Source: Nymphaea colorata
Taxonomy: Eukaryota
Direction: 5' to 3'
Length of the DNA stretch: 64,000 bases
Assembly: GCF_008831285.2 (NCBI RefSeq)
Contig: NC_045138.2
Coordinates: 34,782,001-34,846,000, forward strand
The notes under the pieces were generated by a model. It was not told where the DNA came from and made no database searches. It worked only from the letters and a program-made list of their open reading frames with translations. A program made the translations under genes and the position numbers. Shown here piece after piece: positions 33,201-46,783 of this stretch (position 1 is the first letter of the stretch; each line of letters starts with the position of its first letter).

Positions 33201-36200
33201 AGATAAGTACAAACTACGAAGTGTGACAATAAAGTGACTTCTATGATTGAGATGGTCAAGGAACTTTGCCAAGAAGATCAATTGCTGCTACACATGTGAC
33301 TTCCAATGCCTTTATTTTGTAATGTGAAAACAACAAGGAGGTCTTTGTGGTCTGAAATAAGTTCAAGTCCAAAAAATTGAAGCCTAGATAACCATAGCAG
33401 TAGTAAATCTAATGTAAATCAAGTAAACAATAGAAGATCTAATGTAAATCCAGTAAAACACTAAGGTACCAGTAAAAAAATTAAGAATGCTACCCAAAGT
33501 CCACATGGCATTACAGCAAAGATGTAGTTGTAACACTTCTTTAAGAAAATGAGTTGCTTCATGTAAAAGAAAGAAAAAAACTCTGCATGGGGGAGAAAAA
33601 CCTGCTGCTCCGTATCTTCGTGATCCAGATGAGACAAGTAGATAAGTGTCTCTCTCATAATCTGCAAACTACAAAATTATTAGCAAAGACCAATAGATAT
33701 TATACAAAATGCATCCCCTTGAACCTAGCACAGTTGATGGCTTGATGCAGAAATGAAAGCAGGATAAGAAGATAAAATCTGAAAAACTATGAGAATGGAA
33801 CATTTTTAACACATAAAATCGGCATTAAAAATGTAACACCTCAAAAGTTTAGTCTCGTATTGAAGATTGTGAGATATCTTCAAGGGATCATAAAATGGGT
33901 TGTTAAAAGTGGTTGGTTGTCCTGGTTCCTAGCTTTTTCGGGCTGGAACCGAAAGTGTTAAGAGGCGAATTGGGTTCCATCAAACCAAGGGCTCAAGCCT
34001 AGTGTGAGTCGGGTGGTTACAGTTGTATCAGAGCATGGTTCAACACAGATCTGGGGCCACACACACATGGGCGCGTGTGCCTTAAGGAGGGTAGATTGTG
34101 ACACCTCAAAAGTTTAGTCTCGTATTGAAGATTGTGAGAGATCTTCAAGGGGCTACAAAGGGAGTCGTTAAAAGTGATTGGTTGTCTGGGTTCCTAGCCT
34201 TTTTCGGGCTGAAACCAAAACTGTTAGGGGGCGGATTGGGATCCATCAAACCTAAGGCTCGAGCCTAGTGTGGGTCAGGTCGTTGCAAAACAAAAAATCG
34301 CACTCTCATGATATTGAACTGAACACCAACCTTGTACTGAACAAGGACATCATTGTCTTTCATAGTTTCACGGACAATATTTCCATTTTCATCCTCTACA
34401 ATTAGAACTTCTTCAGGCTTGGCCATACGGCAAATCATAAGCATTCTCAGTTTCGACATTGGAGCAGAATACAACTGACGTCTCTGTAAGAGTTGCGAAC
34501 CAAGACCATCAACCATACCGGTATATGAAGGGACCTGCAGTACATAACATGATGAAATTCTGCACATATAATAACAAAAAAAAATGCACATTTCTACGGT
34601 TATGAGAGAACTGCGAGGCAATCCAATGAGACTCATTTCCTTTCAAGTAAATTCACAAATAATAGTGCATATAATTGTCACAAAAAACGTGTACAGGTAT
34701 TATACGGCAAAAAATTTTTGGGGTATAATACGGCAAAGTTGTATATCTCGGGAAAATCTCGGTGAATTTTTAAAAAATTTAAAACATTTAATAAATCTTG
34801 AAAATTATAAAAAAATAAAAAAAAACATGAAAAAATGCGTATTATACCCATATTATACCCGTTTTTTATTTTTTGGCATTTAAAAAAAAACGTGTTTTAT
34901 ACCCATATTATACCCATTTTTTATTTTGTGGCGTTTATTTAAAAAAACGTGTTTCTTTCACGTTTATACGGCTGACTTGTTTTCCACGTTTTATACGTGT
35001 TTTTTTCGAATAATGGTTTAAATATTTCCCTCATCTTCGAATATATAGTGTTTGTTTTCCCTTGTTTATTCACTTGTTTGCTAGGCTAAGAGAAACCGCT
35101 CCATCAATGGTCACATATTGGCCGCGGCCTGGCACTTGTTAAAGCCTCAAGGATTTTCCAGCCCACTCAAAGTATAGATAGTTTCACGCTTGCTGCAATG
35201 CATCATCTCAACTATTTTTGTGGAAGATTATTCCCCCAGAAATATTTTCAAAATGAGAATATTTCAAGAATTCGTATAAAAAAATAAAAGCAACACACAT
35301 ACACCTATATAAATGAATAAAAAAATGTTCTTTTTACCATCAACTTGGATTCACAAGCTAAGTTGTCACAGAAGTCAGATGCCCTCAGTCAAGGCCCTAA
35401 AAGACTAGTTGGATGACACAAACAAAATCAACAAGAGTGTCTAAAAGTAAAAGGTTTGAAATGATAAAAGATCACTACGAGACAAACATACATGGTTCAC
35501 TCACTGCACATAATGTCAGCAATGCTAAACTGAAATTTAAGTGGGAAGATTAAATCTAAAAGGAAATGTACAGCACGCCCAACTAGGCCCCGGACTCGGA
35601 CAGACTAGTTGGTGGTTTTTCAACCTCATTGGCAACTGCTAGATGAATGAAAGTCATTCCTCCATGTTCCAGTACAGGACAGACCTCCCTCCCCAACCAC
35701 TTTATGTTGGCACAAAGAACAATTCATATGAATAAGTCTCCAAAGTTTAGAGTACCACAATGCATGAAGTACATGGGAAGTACCATTATATGAGTGCAAT
35801 AAAGTGCAATATTACATTTTCTCATCAATCTACAAACACTATATGAGTGCAATATATTGAAACATTATTTGAATGGTAACCCCCATATTCTTTGAGTCAG
35901 ACAAGGATGAAAATCTATAATAGAGGCATAGATGCCTGTAATACTTGTCGCCAGCATCCACATTTTTCTTCTGTAAGTTAGAGCCCCCCAAAATGATAAT
36001 ACCTAATCCCACGAGACGTTTAAATTGGGACAGACTAATGTTTTCTTCCAAACCTATGCACTCGAAAGGAGGGAACGTATGAGCAGCTCAGAAAGCACAA
36101 AATCCAATAAATCACCATAACAAACCAGAAATTTGAAAGGAAAAAAGAAAGAGTGCAGAACCACCACAAGACATTTGATTACATAGTGGAATTTGAAAGG

Positions 36201-38657
36201 AAAAAAGAAAAGAAAAGAAAAAAAAAACAGATGGCATTTAACTATAGAAACATGGTGCACAAAATACAACAAATCACCATAATGAACCTGATATAGTGAT
36301 ATTCAAAAGAAAAAGAAAAATGTATATTTGATAATAGAAACGTAGCACACTGCAAGATTACCTGAAGCCCCATCATGCTTGCAGAACTTGAAGGATTATC
36401 TACACTATGATGTGCTTCAAAAAGCTCCAAAACCAATGAATTCCAGTAGTCTAGGCAAACCTTCATATACATATCAAGAAATTGATAAGCATATCATGCT
36501 CAAGAAAAAAAAATATTAACAAAACATAGGTTTGAAGTTTGAACAGATAATCCATACCTTGAAAACCTCTGTGTCGTCAACATAAGAGATTCCAATTAAG
36601 TACTCCAGACCCATGAGAAGAGCAGCTCGGTTCTCAGAAGTGGTCTCAAGAATTTGAATGCGAGACTGCACAAAGCTTTTTCTTTTCAGATGGTGTAAAA
36701 TCACACGAATTTACAGATGATGCAAAATATAGCAGTCCAATTGCACGTTGTTCATGCAGTTCCAAGCAAACAATATCAGCAACTGAACAGATCTCAATAA
36801 AGAGCTTGCCTTGAAAAAAGAAGTGAAGAAAAGAGCTAGATTCTGAATAAATGCCTGCATAGGAACAAAAATTATGGATGTATAAGAGACTGTAACATCA
36901 GAAACAATCAAACCCCAGAGAGATCTAGTGGCATCAGCAAAGATTACCTGCTCCTCACTGGAACCATTATTGTATGCTTCAGGTATATTGGTCCCTGGTG
37001 GAAGAATTATCTGCACATGGAAACACAAATTGGAACATCAAAGCAAATGGAAAGTTTATTTAGAGATTAAAATATTTCCAGAATGGACATGGTAATCTGA
37101 ATCGACTACCACATAAGAAACAGACACAAATTTGATGTACATAGATATACACAATAATTCCCTTGGGACAGTAGACAACCATGCAGAGAAACTGTGTTGT
37201 ACCTGTAACTGAACCATAAAAACTGTATACATGGTGATATACTGACTATCATAGAAATCTCCAAATTGAAGGGCAGCCACCTAGAGAAAAATGCAACAAA
37301 ACAAAAGGAAACTCATAAGTTGTTTGAATGAGCTTAAATGATTTTTTATACTCAAAAGATAAAAATGAAAGCTGTATTTACATCCTATGGATTTAACATT
37401 AGCATACCTCCGTCAAACATTGTAGTGTTAAGTTTCTGTAAGATGCAACTGGGAAGAATTTCAAAAGTGTTTCCAGCTAATCTCCATGAAAGAATATAAA
37501 AGGTCAAATAAGTTTAACTTTAAAAGTAATTTCTGAAACATTTAAAATATTTGAAACAATATTGAATCACTCTTGAAGCTGCAAAGTGACTAACCAGTGG
37601 AGACTCGAAAATATATCCCAGAGGGATCCATGACAAGAATGCATGAAGTGTTGCAAGTGTTGCCCTTATAAGTTCCGTTCTTTGAGACACAGACAGCACG
37701 TATAAGCATAGCTCATGAATAAGTTTAAACTCACTGTTACAAGGTTAATACACATTACAGAGGTTCAGATTACGCTCCCAGAGAAGTATCCACAATATAT
37801 TTAAAGGTATAAAACCTCATAGAAAATAATTCTGTTAAGTACTTCATTTGATGTTACCTGTTCAGTGATTGTTTTAATTCTTTGATTTTTTGCTGTGTCA
37901 TCTCTCCTCTTGAGAAATCAAAGACCTCCTCACTCAGAAGCTGACACATGGTATGTGTTAGACAAAACATCAGTTAACTGTTAAATTCTTCTTGACATTT
38001 CCCTTACAAAAGAACCAAGCAAAATCAGGAACTTTTTCAGAAACCGCAAGGCATCACCTTTAAAATAGCCATGCAATTCTCACATATTGTTTCACTACTC
38101 TTTGCAGCTGAAACAAGATCAGAGATAAATGAAGGCCACCTAGCAGGCCATTCATGCTTCAAGACCTGCCATGGTACAAACAATCTCAAAACTGAAATCA
38201 CTACAGTGCCAACTGAAGAAGCTAGTATTTGCAAATTTTGCAGAATCAAAAAATGCATAGCACGAAAAAGATTCATATTATCTGAGAACAACATCTAAGT
38301 CGCCAGTTCTTTTCTTTTTCTGCTATATGTGTATTGTGCTTTAGTCAACAAAAACTCTAATCAATTTAATGAAGAAAATTCCAAAAGAAAGATGCTGATT
38401 TTGACGATTGGATTTCTCTATGAATGGACACATATACACACACATATTAAAAACTATAATACAAACTAGAGAGATTATAGAATCTTACCTGAACAAGTAT
38501 AATATTAAGTTTATTGACATAAAGCCTTTCCCGCCTAAAAGAGATCTCATTGCTCGAAAGCTATTTTAACATATAACAACAAAAAAAATCGATCAATCAA
38601 GTCAAGAAATTAATCATTAATGTAATAAACTATTTGGCATCATAAGAGGATCAGCAA

Positions 38658-38700
<43 letters not shown>

Positions 38701-41700
38701 TTATTTGGATCTATACTTGCACAATAAGATCTGATATGTAATTTTTTATCCCATCTCGTTGCTCAACAGGTAATGCATTCCACCGATACTTGATGACACC
38801 CTCCAGGACCTGCATATGAAGGAGGAGATTTTCCAAATTCAGACACTTGACAAGGCAACAAGCACTAAGAAAGTTAAGCTCCGCCTGAAATATTCTTACA
38901 AACAAAATAAAATAGCAGGCAAAGTAAATTACTGCAAATGATTTAGTAAACAGGCTGAAAAAGCAAACAACCTTGTTCAATCTCATTCAGTAAGGATATA
39001 AACCCATCCACGAAGTGGTTCATGAACAAATTACAAAACAAGACAAACCAAACTCAAAATCTTACAAGCCAAATTTAAACCTAGCCTACTGGAAATATTT
39101 TTTTCTAATTGTTTTGTAAAATTTAAAATCACAGGTATATCAAAATGTCCAATATATACTGTTATATACTTACATGCTATACACGTGTGTCTACAGAAAG
39201 CAATATGCACACATAAACATTTTTTTGTAGATTAACCATCTCAAATAAGTCAAGCCAAGTTGTGCTTCAAGAATATGTGACAATCAAGAATCTTTTTCAT
39301 GACCAGGGCCAACTACAAGCAGTTTGATGCATTTACCTCCCCTCTAAATAATATAAGCAAATTTTTTGAAAAACATTTTTTCTTCACCAGTAAATTACTC
39401 AAGCTAAAAAAACAGGGTAGAGAAACAGGCTACATGGTAAAATAGTTTTTGACATAAGATGAGCATGTGAAAGTGAAACTGCAATAAGCACAACATTGAT
39501 ACAAGCTCGATTGTGGTGCCTAGGCACCCAATGTGCTTAAATAAGTAATGCCTAAACGCATGCTGCTTTTCCAAATTTTCAATTCAAAACTGAACGATTG
39601 TTAAACCGATACCTAAATTTTGGCATACTTCCCAAGTTGGGTGCCTATACACCATCTGAGCTTAACAGGTAACTCGCCAACCACTACCAAATGGATGACA
39701 AAATCCATGTCAGGTTCATCATTGCTCAGATACCTTAATATGAATTATATGGTCTTACTATGAGAGAGTCAAGACAAACTATTATAGCTTGAAAAGATTT
39801 ACTCAATACCAGCAATGTTTTAACCATTATCACAGAAAACGAGTATTAATTAAAAAAAAACATGTATAATACCAAAAGCAGTCTGGCGAATTAAACAGCA
39901 ATAAGACACTTTTTTTTTACATTTCAAAAAATAAAAAACACGTATTATACCCGTTTTTTTATGTTTTTTAAACTATCGCACAATTTTTTTTTAAAGCGCG
40001 AGATGTGTTTTTAAAATAATGGCACCGCATGTAATATTGAAAAAAAGTTGGTTTATTTTAAACTTGATCGTCCCTTTTAATGGCAAAAATGTACTTTTAG
40101 TTTTAGGTAGAAAAAAGAAGGCTTAGGTTAAAATCGAAATCCTCATTCTCCTTTTCCCGTTCGGATGAAACTTGAAAGTGGACTTTGAAGTTGAGAGGGG
40201 AGTCGCTGGACGGGTCGAACACTGAGAGGGGTCGATGGACAGACGAATGCTGAGATGGGTCGAAGGGAGTCGCCGATGGCTGACGGGAGTCGAGCAGAGA
40301 GGGGAGTCGCTGGAGGCTAACGGCCGAAGGCCGATGGGAATTGAATATCAACTGTTCGTCTCTTCTTTTTATGGGACGTAAGCTAGCTTGTTATAAATTT
40401 ATAATCTGTTTGTTGGTTAGTCAAACATCAATGGTGTTGGGACGTAAGCTATTATGTTAGAAACTTAGAATCGTGCATTAACAGGCTGTAACAACTAGAA
40501 AAAAGAATTGTGCAGTGTTCAGCTCTGTTTTATTCATCTTTATCTTTTTTTTGCAAGTTGTATCATGATTTCTGCTGCAGATTTATAGATAATTAGATAT
40601 ATATACTTTGTAATTGTAATTGCAAAGTTGTATCATTGACTAAAGGAGGACGACAACATCAAACAATTTCAAACATGTTCAAAAAACAAGAAAAGGATGA
40701 TATTGATAGGCTCCTTTTTAAAGCTATGGCTATGAACAATCTACCATTCAACTTACTTCGATCGAATGATTTTAATAATTTTGTTGTTGCTGTTTCACAA
40801 CATGGCCCAACATACTTCCCACCAAGTAGTGCAACAGCGAGAAGAAGGCTACTAGATTATGCAAGGAAATAGGTTGAAGCATATATTGAAGAAACGAAAG
40901 CTACATGGGCACAATATGGGTGTACTATTATGTCAGATATTTGGAAAGATACAATTAGAAGCAGATCATACATAAGTTTGTAGGTAAGTTGTCCAACAGA
41001 TATGATATTTTGGAAAGCAAAACATGTAGAAAGGGTTCCTAAAAAAGCAGAACTTATAACTGAATTTTTATCTTCAGCTATTGAAGAAATAGGGACAAAA
41101 AATGTTATATAGATTGTGACAGACAATGGAAGCAATTACAAAAAGGCAAAACTTATCCTTGAAGAAAGGTATTCAAATATTTTTACTACATCATGTGCTG
41201 CTCATTGCATTGATTTAATGTTTGAAGATATTGATACTTTAGAAAATGTAGCATCTATCATGACAAAAGCTAGAGAAATTGTCAAATTCATATACAATAA
41301 GCAGCAAGCTTTAGATATAATGAGAATTTACAGAAAGGGAAAAGAGTTGAAAAGGTCAGGTGCAACAAGGATTGCTTCTCATTTCATTTGTTTACATTCT
41401 ATTTTAAAACAAGAAGAAAATTTGAGGTTCATGGTTGCCTCCAATGATTGGAGACTTGTAGAAGAAGAAATGGAAAAAGATCATCCAAGAGAGATTACAT
41501 ATCTTATTCAAAATCAAGATTTTTGGAATATGGGAAAAGAAATAATCATGTTTGTTGAACCATTGGTGAATGTATTGAAAATGGTAGATGGAGAAGGAGC
41601 CACTATGAGATATTTGTATGAGACACTTGATAGAGCTAAAGAAGCTATAAAGACTGCAAGTAAGGACAACTTGGAAAAACATATGCCATATTGGAAAATA

Positions 41701-44700
41701 ATTGATAGGAGATGAATCGTAACTTGCACAACCCAATACATGCTACAGCTGCTTTTTAAAATCCTCATTTATTTTGTAATAAAATGGTAAAAATGGATGA
41801 AGAAGTTCGTGAGGGTTTGGAGTTTGGACATAGTGACAAAAAAACTTGTTCCTCCTGAAGATTATTCTGAAATAGCTAATGAGTTGGTTGAATATCATAA
41901 TAAAGATCCTACATTGTTTCGCGAGGGATCAGCCATGACTGTTATTCATACTACACATCCACGTACGTGTCTCATTTTATTAATTTTTCTTTTTAAGTTT
42001 TCAACATTGATTATTGGTTGTGCACTTATACTATTAAATTTTGTTTCGTTTTTTAATTATATTAGGGATTTGGTGGGCGATGTTTGGTTCTTCTGTTCTT
42101 GTGCTTCAAAGTGTAGCTTTCAAAATTTGAAGGCAACCATGCAGCGCATTTGAGTGCATTTGATGCTGAAGAAAAGAAACAATCTTGCACCATCAAGATT
42201 AACAAATTTAATCTTCGCTAGAATGAATATGCATTTGCAAAGCATGGCCTAGAATTGAAGAAGTCCAATGCAAATCCTATCTACATTGAACATGTGAACC
42301 CATTTTCTGAAGAAAATTTAAATACTGAGACGACGAACTTGTCTTCAGATTCAAAAGAGGAAAATATTGATGAAAGTGAAAGACAAAGAACTTCAAGGCG
42401 TACAAGAAATGAAGAAGATGACTCCACTTCTTGGGATGAAGACTACGAATTTTTTTCATTTTCCAAGTGAAGAATGACTTCATTTGTGTTGTAAAGCCAT
42501 GAAGGCAATAAACTTTTGTTTGTTATGTATTTGCCAAGATTTTCCCGAGATATACAACTTTGTTGTATTATACCCGAAAAATTCCTCGCCGTATAATACC
42601 CGTACATGTTTTTTCAAAGAAGAAGAAACTGATTCAGCAAAGATGCCAATAACCCTTTTGCACATTGTTGTTACACAATGAATATGTCGTATAAGTCCTG
42701 CATTTTTTTTCAAAATTATCAACTTTCAGGATATTCACCCGGTTCTCCAACTGGGGCATTTTTTTATTATCTCATTCATGAGCTTGCATATGTCTGTCAG
42801 TTCTCAAACTCGAGCACCTTTTATTGTTTGGAGAAACATATTTTCACGATCATGAAATTGAGATGTTTTTGATCCCATGATGTCTGGACCACTACTCGTA
42901 CTGTGGCATCTTTATTCTAGAGAGAATTTTTCTTAGAGCATTTGCAAATTGGTTTTCAAAAACCGATAACTTTTCCCTACACTGGGGCATTTATCTTCCA
43001 ATTTGGTGTCATTTACGTCTCTCTCTTATTTGTTTAAAAAGTATTTCAGATACACAAATATGAACATAATGTCAGCGTATTAGCAACAAATTACAAATAC
43101 CTTTGAAAATTTAAATAGTTACCCAAAACAACTAAGAGCTAAATTTCCAAGAAATATACAGGAAACGGTACTTTCAAATGACATTATCATGTATACTTTT
43201 CATTGTTTTTTTATGGATTTTCCTTTTAGTCAGTGTTGTATGTATCGTACGATACGAGCCCGTATCGTTTTGAAAATACGGTACGATACACCCCCCGTAT
43301 TGTAAATAGGGGGTGTATCGTTCCTGTATCACACGACCTGTATCATACGATATGGGGCGATATACCCCGTATTGTACGATACGGGCTGATTTCGCAAAAA
43401 CCCGCCCAAGACTTACTTATTCGATTTCTTTTTGAAAGAAACCTTCTGTTCTTCATTTCTCACGCTTGGATACTGCCGTCAAGGAGGGCGATCGTCCATT
43501 TTCATCAAGATGATGAAGATTATGAATATGTTGGTGAGAATCTTCCAATTCTTGATGATGAAGATGAAGACGAAGATGATGAATCATGAATGAGAGTCAA
43601 GTCAAGAGTGCTTTCATTTTATATGTATCGAACGACTTAAGACTTGTGAATCTATGGTTGTTGAACACTTGAATGTTTTATAACTTTATGGCTTATGCTC
43701 TGTTGAATGATATTGTTATGAATTTTGATGTCTATGAATGATGAACGCGTAAGTTTATAGCAATAATAAGTCTATCATTATCTAAAACATGTTTTATGTG
43801 AAGAATTTATTATTTTTAATTTTTTTCTGATTTTTTTATGAATTTTCCGATTTTTTTTAATTTTTTCTGATTTATTATTAACTTTTTTAAAAAATTTAGG
43901 ATACGATTACGATACGTTACGATATTTTACGATACGGCGTATCTTAAAGCCCGACCGATACGGCTTAGGATACGCGTATTGCTTTTAGTAGGAAATTTAA
44001 GAAATTTTTTTAACCAAAAGAGCAAAAGTAAAAGAAGATATTACAGGAATGAACTTAACAAGAACATGCTATGGACATACTTAAATAAGACAATCAATAA
44101 TTATACCAACAAATCTCCTCTTATTTTCTTTTTCCATTTTTCAGACTTACAGGGAGCAAGGGGTTGGTGAGGTTGTGAATTGTGCTTCTTTAAAAGAGAC
44201 CCATTATCTTTCATAAGGGAAAGAAATGCAACAGAACCTGAAATAATAACCTAAATGAATATCTAGGGTAAAGCGGAAGTAGTTTAATCATAGGTAGATT
44301 ACTGAATAATCAAGTGCAAACATCTAAAATATTATAACAGAATTAGCCTCCGTATCAAAAAACTAGTCACCTCGGATGCGAGATATACAAATGAATACAA
44401 CACATCTATTCCTGCTTCAGATACATAATGGACTCGCTTAAACAAACAGAACTGGAATTAATGAAAATAGTAGTTCAACATTTTCATGAGGTTATACTAG
44501 TAAACACTGCATGAATATAACTTGCCTGAAGAGCAAAGAACTTCGTATTAAGATTTTGTGAATTTTGAAGAATGTGAACAACTTGTAGCCATGTATCAGG
44601 GTTATTCTGTAGCTCACGCAGTATCTGATCTGCTGCAGCTCTCTGCCACAAAACCAGTAAAGCCAACATCAATAGCAGAAAGTCATTAAATGAATTAACT

Positions 44701-46618
44701 ACCGTGAAATTGCCTTGCCAAAATTAAAATTGCATGTTGTTTCAGTCTTCCTACAAAATGAAACAATTCAAACAAGAAATTTGCCTATCAAAATCAAATG
44801 TAAATTCAAACTATCACAACTCTTGACCTAACCAAGTACAATTGTGACTTGACTAAATCATATGCCTGAATATGCATGGCTTCAGTGCTATTAGTGAGCT
44901 TGCAGTTCTAATGCTTAACTATCCATGCAAGAGGATGAATGTAGCTTTTCCAGCTGTCAGCTTCATTAAACACATCCATTCTTGCAACAAATCATGCCTT
45001 CTAGCCTTCCCCCTACCACTTAATCTTCAGCATATCCTGCTTTTAAACCAATCAAACCCACTAATAGGTTGCCTCAGCATGCCTGGAATTAGGAATATGA
45101 GGCTTATATTTATTCCCCTCCAACTGTATCTTGTTGCATATTAATTTCCTTAGTCTGTTTTACTTTACAAGTACTATTGGTTGCAACTTCGTCAAATCTG
45201 TTATAAATGTGGAACTTGGTGAATTCAGTATATTAAAAGTTTTTCTTATAACCATTTTTCTTCCTACATTTAAAGTTACTTTGCAGCATTTATAGAAGAG
45301 AACTTAAGAAGCGGGTTAATCATATAACATGAAGGCAAGTTTCATAGAGCAATACAGTTATAGGAAGAGTTATAAACCTTACACTTACATGCAAAAATCA
45401 GCAAAAGAAAAAGAAAATAAACAAACAAAACAAGACAAGACAGAAACAAACTGTTACTTGTGTGCCTTAGCTTTTCCATTTCCATAGTTAAAATGAACCG
45501 TGTCCCTTCAGCTAGTTTATGAATCACAAAGCATGCACTTTGGCTGTTCAACAAACTGGACGGTAAGGAACACTAAATGTTTGGATCAAATTAGTTACAG
45601 AATTGACATTCGTTTATTTGAATAAAGTAGGAGAAATACACAGAAAGGTACTACAAAAAAATTTTCACACTTCAACATTATCATGTTCATTATTCTCCAT
45701 TTTCCAATAATCATTTGGATCACTATACAAATTCGTGTACCGTCATGCTTTTTCTGGTTGTGGCCTGAAAAATACGCTAATGTCTTTGATCGAGAATATG
45801 ACTTTTTCTCCAGGCACTGGTGATTTGTCAGGCTAGGAAACCTTTTTGAAACTTCTAACCATATATGCAAATATATGGTACTTTCCTTCAACTATTAATG
45901 TTTATCTTCTTTATTTATAGAACGACATATGAACTGGGATAAGCTTTCCCTCCTTACTCAGAACTCCAGCGACATGTATACGAGAATTCAATTGTTGTAT
46001 GGAATACTTTCTCGATTATTCAATTGAGAAGATCTTAGTTTTCCTCTTTCAATGAGGTTGTTTTTCCTTCACGCAATTATGCGCACCTTCCTCGTCATGC
46101 TACAACAATTAATATGAACATACGGAGCGAGCTACTAGATGCTGAGAAATGAAAATCTTTCAATTGCTGATGACTAAACATAAGCGGCCCTAGTAGAATG
46201 AACGAAAACCATTCTAAAAGGGGAAAGGGACAAGCACCAAAATCTACAAAACAATCCCATTCACAAGGAGAAGGACCGACACGTAATCAAACAACCACTC
46301 AAGTCATAAAAACCAAATATGGGAATCAAACGAGGACGCACCAGACCAATGCAGCGAAGTCCGTAATGGACGACAAAACCAGGAAGCATTGATGGCAACA
46401 AGAGAACCCTAATTTCCCCATGAAGATGATAAAGGAAAAGGCGACGGTGTCCATCATTATTAACAGATGAATAAGTGGGAGAAGAGAGAGAGACACACAC
46501 GCACACACACACGCGAGCGTACCTCCTCCTTAGATCCCGTGCCATAGAAAGCAGCGACTGTGGCGTCCAGGAGTGGGACGTCGATGGGCTGACTGAGGTC
46601 TCTAAGCTTTTCCGCCAT
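24251..46618 (-). CDS. XPO1: Exportin-1 (CRM1), 32 coding exons, 1075 aa
   Basis: Exons: 46523-46618, 44526-44642, 38717-38809, 38489-38560, 38058-38165, 37858-37940, 37595-37733, 37408-37476, 37203-37280, 36948-37010, 36810-36854, 36558-36665, 36362-36460, 34331-34534, 33602-33661, 32464-32574, 30874-30971, 30629-30737, 29451-29516, 28914-29012, 28755-28835, 28525-28614, 27243-27328, 27009-27089, 26719-26901, 26448-26514, 26259-26369, 25146-25253, 24917-25054, 24708-24845, 24523-24627, 24251-24373 (3228 nt, in frame). Motifs [76 protein letters not shown]. Confidence 0.97.
33832..34287 (+). mobile_element. TRIM (terminal-repeat retrotransposon in miniature) in XPO1 intron 14
   Basis: LTR1 33832-34021 (TGTAAC...GTTACA) and LTR2 34097-34287 (TGTGAC...TTGCA), ~190 bp each. 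PBS ttgtatcagagc (1 mismatch to the tRNA-iMet PBS tggtatcagagc) follows LTR1; PPT aaggagggtagat precedes LTR2. Internal region 75 bp; flanks aaaaa / aaaca. Confidence 0.9.
34672..35017 (-). mobile_element. Non-autonomous derivative (MITE) of the hAT family at 39.8-42.6 kb
   Basis: ~34685-34757 (cgtgtacaggtattatacggc...gggtataatacggcaaagttgtatatctcgggaaaatc) is the reverse complement of ~42538-42612. The other end (cgaataatggtt) matches the hAT left end aaccattat. Repeated tatacc/gtataa subterminal motifs. Confidence 0.75.
38662..38698. repeat. (AT)n microsatellite
   Basis: Direct reading. Confidence 0.95.
39822..42615 (+). mobile_element. Decayed hAT DNA transposon with transposase pseudogene (~40636-42470), in XPO1 intron 2, antisense to the host
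   Basis: Fragments [10 protein letters not shown]..., [24 protein letters not shown]...[13 protein letters not shown] (DUF659/RNase-H-like) and a dimerisation-like WWAMFGS...QPCSA after a gt-ag intron (~41962-42065). In-frame stops near 40870, 40981, 41110 and 41713. Ends are approximate. Confidence 0.88.
43231..43981 (+). mobile_element. hAT-type non-autonomous element with perfect 8-bp TSD, in XPO1 intron 2
   Basis: TSD cttttagt at 43223-43230 and 43982-43989; ends CAGTG...TATTG; dense cgatac/gtatcg subterminal repeats at both ends; internal acidic tail remnant ([11 protein letters not shown]). Confidence 0.85.
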
Positions 46619-46774
46619 GAATGAGAGAGATGTCCTTCCAAACCCCGAAGGAAGAGGGGTTGGCAGGAAGAAAGAGAGAGAGAGATGTGCCCTAACAGAA
46701 GATGAGGTAGCACGGGGCACGCACAGAGAGTGAGACAGAAAAAGTATCGTCTCTCTGCAACCTCTGCAGAACAC

Positions 46775-46783
46775 AAACCCTAG
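46775..46783 (+). promoter_or_regulatory. Telo-box-like motif (AAACCCTAG) in XPO1 5' leader/promoter
   Basis: Motif ~160 bp upstream of the ATG among GA/CT-rich tracts. Function not shown. Confidence 0.4.
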
